DNA of 64,000 nucleotides. Source: Candidatus Nanohalarchaeota archaeon. GTDB lineage: Archaea; Nanohalarchaeota; Nanosalinia; Nanosalinales; Nanosalinaceae. The DNA lies in the NCBI GenBank assembly GCA_022729235.1, contig JALDAJ010000001.1, forward strand, positions 608,001 to 672,000, in the 5' to 3' direction. Under the pieces are notes generated by a model that worked only from the letters and a program-made list of their open reading frames with translations, was not told the origin of the DNA and did no database searches. Of the stretch, positions 9,113 to 16,794 are shown piece after piece. The translations under genes were made by a program, and so were the position numbers. Positions within the stretch are counted from its first letter, which is position 1. Every line of letters starts with the position of its first letter.

Positions 9113-9701
9113 AATTTTTGTCTTCTTTCTCAGGAAATCCAAGTGGTTGCTGGTCTAAGTCAGATACGTATTTCCTCTTACTACCTCTTTCATGAATACC
9201 CAATCCTTCAGGTTCTTTTAATCCTGCTCTTCCTATAGAGGGCGGGATTGCATGGACACGGAGTTCTCCGGGGAATAGCTCTCTTACTTCTTCATCGCCT
9301 ATCAGGGTTACTGTGCCTTTGTGTTCCTCAAATCCGAGCCAGCCTGTCCAGCTTTTGGGCTCTCCTCCGTATTGCTGGAAATTCATGTAGTAAACTGTTG
9401 TCTCGTTGGGGCTGTGTACTGCAGGTTTTAGATTCCAGTCATCGGGTAAAACTATATCTGCGGCGGAGGGATCAACAAGTAGATCCGCGCGTCTGCTGCA
9501 GTAATCCTTGTTTCCAAGCGAGGGCGACCTCGTAGTTGGAAGTGAATTACCGTAGAACTGGTCAAATGTTTCATAATCCTCTGGTACTGCGTAACCGTTA
9601 CCATCTCCTATGGACATGAATGTCCCATAATCGCCTGTTTGAGAATCATCATGAGTTGAGAGAAGTTCGTCCATTTCATCTGGACAGTCCATTGGATACA
9701 T
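9102..9701 (-). CDS. Hypothetical protein
   Basis: 199 aa acidic ORF filling the gap between endA and the rhomboid gene. Confidence 0.55.
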   Translation of the reverse strand: MYPMDCPDEMDELLSTHDDSQTGDYGTFMSIGDGNGYAVPEDYETFDQFYGNSLPTTRSPSLGNKDYCSRRADLLVDPSAADIVLPDDWNLKPAVHSPNETTVYYMNFQQYGGEPKSWTGWLGFEEHKGTVTLIGDEEVRELFPGELRVHAIPPSIGRAGLKEPEGLGIHERGSKRKYVSDLDQQPLGFPEKEDKNSKE

Positions 9702-9728
9702 TGTTTGAAGTGAGTAATAAAAATGTTG

Positions 9729-10694
9729 TTAATATCCGAGCAAGTCCAGAACTCCCTGTCTGGGCTGATGTTTTTCTCTTAGTTTCTTTCCGTACCATAC
9801 GCCTAGTATGAGTCCTGTCAGGTGGGCTGAGCTCGCAAAATTCCCGATCACGGGCAGTGTTATGCCTACCATCTTTGTCAGCAGGTTGAATGTCTCTATT
9901 GATCCGAAAGCGTATAGTGCAGTCTTTATCTTCATAGGTATCACGAAGAAGAGCAGTACTTCGGCACGCGGGTACAGTACGGCGACGGCTGCGAACACAG
10001 CTACTACGGCGCCCGAAGCACCTACGATAGGTGGTAGTGTGACTGCGCCCCCGACTGCAGGTCCGTAGACCTGGAACAGTAAGTTCCGGAAAAGTACCAC
10101 TGCTATACTGGCTGCGAGCCCTGCTGCTACGTAGAACTTCAGTAAACGTTTCGCACCTATCATCCTTTCCAGCGGTGTGCCGAAGAAGTAGAAGGTTATC
10201 ATGTTCGCGAAGATGTGGAATCCTCCTCCGTGAACCAGCATAACTGTGGCGAGAGCCCACGGCGATTCGAGAAGAGTCTTTGTCAGTAGCTCCGAGGAAT
10301 AGCCCATCTCTGCCGCAGCCATGTTGGTCGCCTCCACTGCGCCAGTAGTAAGTGCGGGGGACAGGGTCAGGAAGTCTTTGAACGCGGGCGACGCCTCGTG
10401 AAGAAGGAATGCGGCTACTGTTACACCTATGATGGCTAACGTGGTACTGCTTGTTAAGGCGTCAATCGCGTCTCTGAATATGGACTGGTGTTTAACCTTT
10501 CGAGGTTTAAGCTCACCTCTCACCTCTTTCTCCTCAAACCATTTCTGCGTCTCCTCCCGCTCCTCTTCAACTCCTTCCTCAAGACTGTCACAGTCATGGT
10601 TCTCGGGTAATCTGTGTGAGGAGCAGAACTTCTTCCCGCAGTACTTGCAGGTGAATGCCATCGACTCGTCTCCGCATTTTGAGCACTCGGCCAT
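9729..10694 (-). CDS. AN1-type zinc finger + rhomboid intramembrane serine protease
   Basis: Start taken at MAECSKC. CKYCGKKFCSSHRLPENHDC, HIFANM, GASGA, AHLTG. Confidence 0.9.
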   Translation of the reverse strand: MAECSKCGDESMAFTCKYCGKKFCSSHRLPENHDCDSLEEGVEEEREETQKWFEEKEVRGELKPRKVKHQSIFRDAIDALTSSTTLAIIGVTVAAFLLHEASPAFKDFLTLSPALTTGAVEATNMAAAEMGYSSELLTKTLLESPWALATVMLVHGGGFHIFANMITFYFFGTPLERMIGAKRLLKFYVAAGLAASIAVVLFRNLLFQVYGPAVGGAVTLPPIVGASGAVVAVFAAVAVLYPRAEVLLFFVIPMKIKTALYAFGSIETFNLLTKMVGITLPVIGNFASSAHLTGLILGVWYGKKLREKHQPRQGVLDLLGY

Positions 10695-10769
10695 GGAAGA
10701 ACCTGCGGTACCGCTCTTTATCAAATTGTTATCGGTACAGCCTAACTTTCTCTGCGTCCGATTCACCGC

Positions 10770-12512
10770 TCAAAATTCTTTGAGGTCGTTTCCGTCCATG
10801 AAACCTTTGAGGCTCTTCTCTAACTCTTCAACATTTACTCTTACCTGTTCAGTGGAGTCCCTGTCCCGGAGAGTCACGGTCCCGTCTTCCAGGGTCTGGT
10901 GGTCCACGGTCGCGCATATCGGCGTACCGATCTCGTCCTGCCGCCTGTAACGGCGACCGATAGCGCCTGAATCATCATACTTCACGGAGAAACCGCTTTC
11001 TCTTAGGCTCCTGGCGACTTTTCGTGCGCGCTCTCCCATCCCGTCCTTATCCATCAATGGGAATACAGCCACTTCTACAGGTGCGACTTCCGCGGGTAAG
11101 CGGAGAACGGTTCTCTCCTCTCCATCTACTTCGTCTTCCTCAAGGTTATGCGCTAGAACCGTGTAGAGTATTCGGTCGACACCGAACGACGGTTCTACAG
11201 TTTCAGGCATGATATGTTCTCCGGTCTCCTCAACTTCTTTTCGTGTAAATCCTGTTTTCTCCACGGGAACATTTACAGTCTCGCCATCGATTTCCAAGCT
11301 GATGCTTTCCTGCTCCTCGAACCTCTCCGGTTCTTCCTCCGCGATTCTCCCGAGTTCGTCCGCGATATCTGAGGCGCGGTCACCGTATTCAGGTCCAAGG
11401 ACGCTCATGTCTGGACTGACGGTTGCTTTCTCCACGGTCTTGGGCTCGTCGTATGGCTTGAAAACAGTGAAGTCTTCGCCCGAGTGCTCCTGGTGCTTCT
11501 TGAGGTCGTAGCATCCTCTGTACGCGAAACCTGTGATTTCAATCCAGTCACCTCCGACTTCAGATTCGGCGTCCCAGCAGTCGCTCGCGTAGTGCGACCT
11601 CTCGTCCTCCAGGTGCTGCCGGAACCTGAACCGGTCCATATCGATACCTATCCGCTCGTACCACTTCTTTGAGATACCGAGATAGTATGCTATCCAGTCG
11701 CTCGCGACCACGCCGTTTTCGACTGCTTCCGCCACGGTCATCTCGAGTACTTCTCCGCCGTCTTTATCCTGCTCGTTGATAGGGTAAAGGCGGAGCTCGA
11801 CGTCTTCCACGTCCTCCATTTCCGGTTCGTCTTTTTCTGGATCGATAAAGAACTCCAGCTCTGCCTGCGTGAACTCTCTGACGCGGACAATCGATTTCCG
11901 CGGTGATATCTCGTTCCTGTAAGCCTTTCCTATCTGTGTAACCCCGAACGGCAGCTGGTTGCGGGCGTATTCTTTCCACTGAGGGAACTCGACGAAGATT
12001 CCCTGAGCTGTTTCAGGTCGTAAGTAGCCGGGTGAGGAATCTCCTGGACCGATGTTTGTGCCGAACATCAGGTTGAAATCGTCGACTTCCACGTCTGCCA
12101 GTTCCTCGCCGCAGTTCGGACACTGGAGGCTGTTTTCTTCGATTATCTCCATTATCCTATCGGTGGAGAAGCTCTCCGCCTCCTCGATATCCGTGTTATC
12201 CTCGACCAGATGGTCTGCCCTGATGGATTCGCCGCACTCGGGGCATTCTATTATCATGTCGTCGAAGGTCTCAAGGTGCCCGGATGCCTCGAACACGTCT
12301 TCAGGCATGATTGTCGGTGCTTCTATCTCCATGTTGCCTTCCTGGTAGGTGAACCGGTCTCTCCATACATCCTCCAGGTTTCTCTTCAAGGCGGTACCGT
12401 GGGGTCCGAACGTGTAGAAACCGGCTGTACCTCCGTAAATCTCATTGGAGGGAATAAAAAATCCGCGTCTCTTCGCCAGTTCTTTCAGGCTCTGTGTGGT
12501 ATTCTGGGTCAC
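10770..12512 (-). CDS. glyS: Glycine--tRNA ligase (alpha2 type)
   Basis: LRPETAQG, RNEISPR, REFTQAE, EPSFGVDR, IGRRYRRQDEIG. Start re-assigned to GTG 12512 because SD GAGGTG lies 6 nt upstream. Confidence 0.95.
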   Translation of the reverse strand: MTQNTTQSLKELAKRRGFFIPSNEIYGGTAGFYTFGPHGTALKRNLEDVWRDRFTYQEGNMEIEAPTIMPEDVFEASGHLETFDDMIIECPECGESIRADHLVEDNTDIEEAESFSTDRIMEIIEENSLQCPNCGEELADVEVDDFNLMFGTNIGPGDSSPGYLRPETAQGIFVEFPQWKEYARNQLPFGVTQIGKAYRNEISPRKSIVRVREFTQAELEFFIDPEKDEPEMEDVEDVELRLYPINEQDKDGGEVLEMTVAEAVENGVVASDWIAYYLGISKKWYERIGIDMDRFRFRQHLEDERSHYASDCWDAESEVGGDWIEITGFAYRGCYDLKKHQEHSGEDFTVFKPYDEPKTVEKATVSPDMSVLGPEYGDRASDIADELGRIAEEEPERFEEQESISLEIDGETVNVPVEKTGFTRKEVEETGEHIMPETVEPSFGVDRILYTVLAHNLEEDEVDGEERTVLRLPAEVAPVEVAVFPLMDKDGMGERARKVARSLRESGFSVKYDDSGAIGRRYRRQDEIGTPICATVDHQTLEDGTVTLRDRDSTEQVRVNVEELEKSLKGFMDGNDLKEF

Positions 12513-12590
12513 TTTTGACACCTCTGGAAAAGTTGTCGATTAGAAGCCTTAAAAACCGACAGGACGAAAGAGCTAGAACTGGTTAAAGGG

Positions 12591-12674
12591 TTATTCGAAA
12601 CACGTGAAGTGTTTCTCAACGCAACTTCCTGGAGAAAGCTGCGAGAGTCCAAAGTAGCCACCCTTGATTGACAT
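12591..12674 (-). promoter_or_regulatory. glyS leader ORF MSIKGGYFGLSQLSPGSCVEKHFTCFE* with putative +1 frameshift cassette GGT GGC TAC TTT GGA(Gly)
   Basis: Read by hand. The +1 frame is open from 12652 to 12509, and its TGA overlaps the glyS GTG. Confidence 0.7.
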
Positions 12675-12739
12675 AGATATCACAGTTGGTTCTGCTCGTG
12701 GAAAGCTTAAAAACCGTCCGAGTATTACGATGTAATATA

Positions 12740-13927
12740 ATGCCGGGTTCTGGAATGAAGAGTTTGGAAGATGCAGAGTTGGAAGGTAAAAGCGTGGTTC
12801 TCAGGACTGATCTAAACCTTCCTGTCGAGGACGGCGAGCCGCAGAAGACGGTCCGGTTTGAACGCTACATTGAAACAGTGAAGGAGCTCAGTGACGAAGG
12901 TGCGAGGACGATGGTAATCGCGCACCAGGGGAGACCGGCGAGGAAGGATTTCATGTCGCTGGAAAGACACGCAGAACTGATGTCGGAAGAGCTAGGGCAG
13001 GACGTTAACTTCGTACGGAGCTTCTTCGGACCGGAGCTTGGAGATGCAGTCGCCTCGATGGAGGACGGCGATGTAGTACTGCTTGAAAACATACGTTTCC
13101 TCTCCGAGGAGCTTCAAAACTTGCCCTCCGAGAGGCATTCTGATGATTATTTTATTGAGAATCTCTCCAGGTACTTCGATATTTTTGTAGACGATGCGTT
13201 CTCTGCATCACACCGCTCCCACGGATCGATAGTTGGATTCGTACCGCGCCTCGAATCCTATGCAGGACCTGTTATGCAGCGTGAACTGGAGAACTGTGGC
13301 AGGGTAAGAGATGAGCTTGACAATCCGTTGCTGGTTCTAGGAGGGGAGAAACCTTCCGATTTGATAGGTATGATGGAGCAGGTAATTGACCGGGCTGAGA
13401 AAGTACTGCTGGGCGGTATCCCTGGCGAACTTGCACTCAAGCTCCAGGGAAACGATCTCGGCGGGAAATCCGAGTGGATAGAGGAGCAGGGCTTTGACGG
13501 TAAGAGCAAGGAGCTTCAAAGAATCATCGAAGAACACGAGGAAAAGATAGTTCTGCCTGTAGATGTCAGAACGGACTCAGGTAACCACAAGATCGGTGAA
13601 GTCCCGGAAGGAGAGATGACATGGGATATCGGAGAGGAGACGCGGGAAAGGTTCGTGGAAGAGATAGGTGACGCGGAATCGATTGTCATGAAAGGTCCTA
13701 TGGGTGCGTTCGAGGATTATCCTGAGGGCACGCGAGCGGTAATCGATGCGATAGCAGAAAACGATGGCTTTACAGTACTCGGCGGAGGACACACATCTTC
13801 ACTTATACACCGATTCGGTCATGACCTCGACGAGTTCACACACGTCTCCATCGCGGGCGGAGCATTTGTCCGGTACATGAGCGGGGAAGAACTGCCCGCG
13901 GTCGAAGCGCTCAGGGAGTATTCTTAG
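12740..13927 (+). CDS. pgk: Phosphoglycerate kinase
   Basis: RTDLNLP, AHQGRP, LLENIRF, DAFSASHR, GGGHT, SIAGGA. Start is ATG 12740 or 12755. Confidence 0.93.
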   Translation: MPGSGMKSLEDAELEGKSVVLRTDLNLPVEDGEPQKTVRFERYIETVKELSDEGARTMVIAHQGRPARKDFMSLERHAELMSEELGQDVNFVRSFFGPELGDAVASMEDGDVVLLENIRFLSEELQNLPSERHSDDYFIENLSRYFDIFVDDAFSASHRSHGSIVGFVPRLESYAGPVMQRELENCGRVRDELDNPLLVLGGEKPSDLIGMMEQVIDRAEKVLLGGIPGELALKLQGNDLGGKSEWIEEQGFDGKSKELQRIIEEHEEKIVLPVDVRTDSGNHKIGEVPEGEMTWDIGEETRERFVEEIGDAESIVMKGPMGAFEDYPEGTRAVIDAIAENDGFTVLGGGHTSSLIHRFGHDLDEFTHVSIAGGAFVRYMSGEELPAVEALREYS

Positions 13928-13985
13928 GGTCCGGATGTTGCTGACTGTCGAAATATACTTAACGCAGACTTCACAATAATGACGT

Positions 13986-14152
13986 ATGCAGCAAGGTGGC
14001 TGTTTTTGGACTTTTGCATCTGAATGATTTAGACAGCAGTATTTCTATTCCGGGTGGATGTTTTTGGGCCATCTAGTCTTCTAAAGGACAGGTTACGCTT
14101 TTCCCTGAACTATCTCAGAATCTGCTCAGTAAGGGAGCTTTCATGGCTTTAA
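13986..14152 (+). promoter_or_regulatory. Trp leader A: MQQGGCFWTFASE* (13986-14027), with a second cassette PGGCFW in its +1 frame (14050-14067)
   Basis: GGT GGC TGT TTT TGG and GGT GGA TGT TTT TGG lie in successive +1 frames. TATA-like ACTTAA about 25 nt upstream. Confidence 0.6.
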
Positions 14153-14294
14153 TCAATTAAATCGGTTTTTATACACTTCAACATATTTTCTAAGTCTTTT
14201 AGATAGAAATAGTCATTATTCTATCTTTTTAGACTCTAAAAACCTCTAAAAGCTATTTAAAAGTTTTCTAACAACTGGAAAACACGTGATTAAA

Positions 14295-14369
14295 ATGACA
14301 AACGACACACAAGACGAAACACAGGCAGAAGCCCGACAGGGGGGATGTTTTTGGAGAACAAAATCTTGA
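14295..14369 (+). promoter_or_regulatory. Trp leader B: MTNDTQDETQAEARQGGCFWRTKS* with cassette GGG GGA TGT TTT TGG(Trp)
   Basis: TATTTAAA box and GTGAT SD-like sequence upstream. The +1 frame runs to TAG 14406 and overlaps the next ORF. Confidence 0.6.
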
Positions 14370-14389
14370 AGAAGTTGTAAAGGGGGGCA

Positions 14390-14725
14390 TTGCTGGAGCA
14401 GGGTAGAGAAAGGGCTGTTTCGGTAATTGATAACTGTCTAACGATTGATGTAGACTCTTTCGATGAGGAAGTCTATTCAGAGGTTTTTGAGGTGCTGTTT
14501 TCTCCTGAAGAAGGATATCTAAGAGATGTTCCAGAGGACTTCCAATTCCGGCTCAGAAAAATATCGAGGTTCACTGTCGGCTGGGGTACGGAGTACTCGG
14601 AAACATATTCCAATGAACTAACTGGCCGTGATATCCGGGAGATGCAGAGGAAGGCGGTTGAAGAATCGTACACAGTTGGCTATTCCTCTGAAAAGTTCAT
14701 CGAACTGTACGAGGAGGTGATGTAG
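14390..14725 (+). CDS. Hypothetical acidic protein upstream of trpS
   Basis: 111 aa with host-like acidic composition. Weak TTG start. Confidence 0.55.
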   Translation: MLEQGRERAVSVIDNCLTIDVDSFDEEVYSEVFEVLFSPEEGYLRDVPEDFQFRLRKISRFTVGWGTEYSETYSNELTGRDIREMQRKAVEESYTVGYSSEKFIELYEEVM

Positions 14726-14786
14726 TATCGCGGTAAGTGAGAAAGATTCCACCGGATATAAGAGCGCTAGGGAGGAATGATTAACC

Positions 14787-15890
14787 ATGCCAGAGATAGA
14801 TCCGTGGGGAGACGTTGAAGTCGGAGAGTACCGTGAAAAGATGGAGAAGTTTGGTATCGAGCCGATCGAAGAGATAGCAGATAAGCTCCCTGACCACCGA
14901 TACATAAGAAGAGGGATAATCTTCGGTCACCGCGGGATGGACGAGTACCTGGACGCGCTCGACGACGGCGAGGACGTGGCGATGATAACTGGTATAATGC
15001 CGTCCGGCATGTTCCACCTCGGGCACAAGATAGTGGTCGACCAGGTGCTGATGTACCAGGAGATGGGCGCAGACGTAACTCTCACTGCGGCGGACATCGA
15101 AGCGCACAACACCCGCGGTATCTCGCTGGAAGACGCGCGTGAGATGGTTATCGAGCAGTACCTGACCAATTACGTCGCTCTGGGTCTCGACCTGGAGAAC
15201 GTTGATTTCTACTTCCAGAGCCAGGCAGGCAACGACCACCTTGCCCGCTCCAAACTTTTCGCGAAGCACCTGACACGGAACGAGATGGACGCCACCTACG
15301 GAGAACCAAGTCCTGGTAAGATAGCGTCCGCATTAATGCAGTACGCCGACATACTGAGACCGCAGTTCCCGGAGAACGGCGGACCGAAACCAACTGTTGT
15401 TCCTGTTGGTATCGACCAGGACCCTCACATAAGACTGACCCGGGAGGTCGCGCGGAAGGCGTCTCAAGACTTCTACAAGCCCGCATCCATTTACAACAAG
15501 TTCATGCGCGGGCTTCAGGGTGGGAAGATGTCGAGCAGCGATCCGAAGAGCTACATCGCGCTTACAGATTCTGTTGAAGAGGAGAAACAGAAGATCGACG
15601 AGGCGAAGACTGGTGGTCGTGACACGCTGGAGGAGCACCGTGAGAAAGGTGCGGACGTTGAAGAGGACATGGTCTTCGAACTACTTGCTTTCCACCTTAT
15701 CGAGGACGACTCCGAGCTTGAACGTATCCGTGAAGAGTATGAGTCGGGCGAGATGCTGTCCGGAGAACTCAAGCAGATAGCGAAGGAGAAACTGGAGGAG
15801 TTCCTCCTCGCGCATAAAGAGAGGAGAGAAGACGCGCGTGAAGAAGTCGAACAGTTCGTCGAGGAGAACGTAGAGTCAGAACTTGTTTAA
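14787..15890 (+). CDS. trpS: Tryptophan--tRNA ligase
   Basis: TGIMPSGMFHLGH (HIGH), VPVGIDQDPH, KMSSS. Confidence 0.95.
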   Translation: MPEIDPWGDVEVGEYREKMEKFGIEPIEEIADKLPDHRYIRRGIIFGHRGMDEYLDALDDGEDVAMITGIMPSGMFHLGHKIVVDQVLMYQEMGADVTLTAADIEAHNTRGISLEDAREMVIEQYLTNYVALGLDLENVDFYFQSQAGNDHLARSKLFAKHLTRNEMDATYGEPSPGKIASALMQYADILRPQFPENGGPKPTVVPVGIDQDPHIRLTREVARKASQDFYKPASIYNKFMRGLQGGKMSSSDPKSYIALTDSVEEEKQKIDEAKTGGRDTLEEHREKGADVEEDMVFELLAFHLIEDDSELERIREEYESGEMLSGELKQIAKEKLEEFLLAHKERREDAREEVEQFVEENVESELV

Positions 15891-15914
15891 GTCCGGCTCC
15901 AGTATTTCTGACTT

Positions 15915-16610
15915 ATGTTGCCCGAGTTGATACTGCGTGAGGAGGAAGAGGAGAACCTTCCTCTGCTTGCAGTTCTAGGTCTCGCATCAGGTCTGGCAGG
16001 ATTTATTGCTGCAAGAGCTCTTTTTCCATCGCAGATAGATCTTCTTACGGTGATTTTTGCCTCGATACCGCTTGTATACCCTCTCGTGACGTATTTCCTG
16101 GAGCGTGAGAACGAGTCGCGACCCCATCTCCCGGAGATACAGGTCTACGGTTCGATTTTCCTTGGAATGGCGGCAGCATTCTTTATCCTGGGCTTGTATA
16201 ATCCTGAGTTATTCTCATTGCAGAATGCTATTATAGGTGCTGCAGGGCATGCAGTCAATCCAGTATCCTTCACCACGGTCTTATCCAATAACCTGATGGT
16301 GTTCCTGGGGATTCTGGCTGTCGCGTCGATTATAGGGTCGGCAGGAGCCTTTATACTGACCTGGAATGCCTCAGTCTTAGGAGTCTTCATGGCAGGGCTT
16401 GTACGTGACTCTATTCTCATGCCGTTCGCCTACATCCCCCACGCGTCTCTGGAGATGGCAGGGTTCATAGTCGCAGGAGTTGCAGGTACAATGATCTCTG
16501 CCGCAGTCTACAGAGAGCATTTCGATAAGGATACATGGCTCGACCTCTCAAAGCTGGTCGCCACGGGTGTTGGACTGATAGTCATCGCGGCGGTGCTGGA
16601 GACTGCGTAG
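15915..16610 (+). CDS. SpoIIM/DUF95 family membrane protein
   Basis: Multi-TM, with NNLMV, WNASVLG, PHASLEMAGF and AAVLET. Confidence 0.75.
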   Translation: MLPELILREEEEENLPLLAVLGLASGLAGFIAARALFPSQIDLLTVIFASIPLVYPLVTYFLERENESRPHLPEIQVYGSIFLGMAAAFFILGLYNPELFSLQNAIIGAAGHAVNPVSFTTVLSNNLMVFLGILAVASIIGSAGAFILTWNASVLGVFMAGLVRDSILMPFAYIPHASLEMAGFIVAGVAGTMISAAVYREHFDKDTWLDLSKLVATGVGLIVIAAVLETA

Positions 16611-16641
16611 ATATTAAAATCTGTGGTACAAGAAGAGAGTT

Positions 16642-16698
16642 ATGTCACCATCCGAAGCACAGGGAACACTGAAGGGTGGACGTTTTTTCCGCCTGTGA
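16642..16698 (+). promoter_or_regulatory. pheS leader ORF MSPSEAQGTLKGGRFFRL* with putative +1 frameshift cassette GGT GGA CGT TTT TTC(Phe)
   Basis: TATA-like ATTAAAA about 25 nt upstream. The +1 frame is open from 16685 to 16798, and its TGA overlaps the pheS GTG. Confidence 0.72.
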
Positions 16699-16794
16699 AA
16701 GGCAGATTAACAGCTCTATTTCTGGATTGGTTTTTTCGAGGTCTCGGACAGGTATCGCTCAGATATTAAAGTTTAATTTGGGAGGTGTAAACCT

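Noticed and set aside
14100-14290. AT-rich intergenic region as a replication origin
   Set aside because: No ORB repeats and no initiator gene in the window.
12591-16698. Leader peptides read as double-glycine bacteriocin/RiPP precursors
   Set aside because: No peptidase-ABC transporter or modifying enzymes are nearby. The residue after GGxF tracks the adjacent synthetase, and the +1 frames end on start codons.
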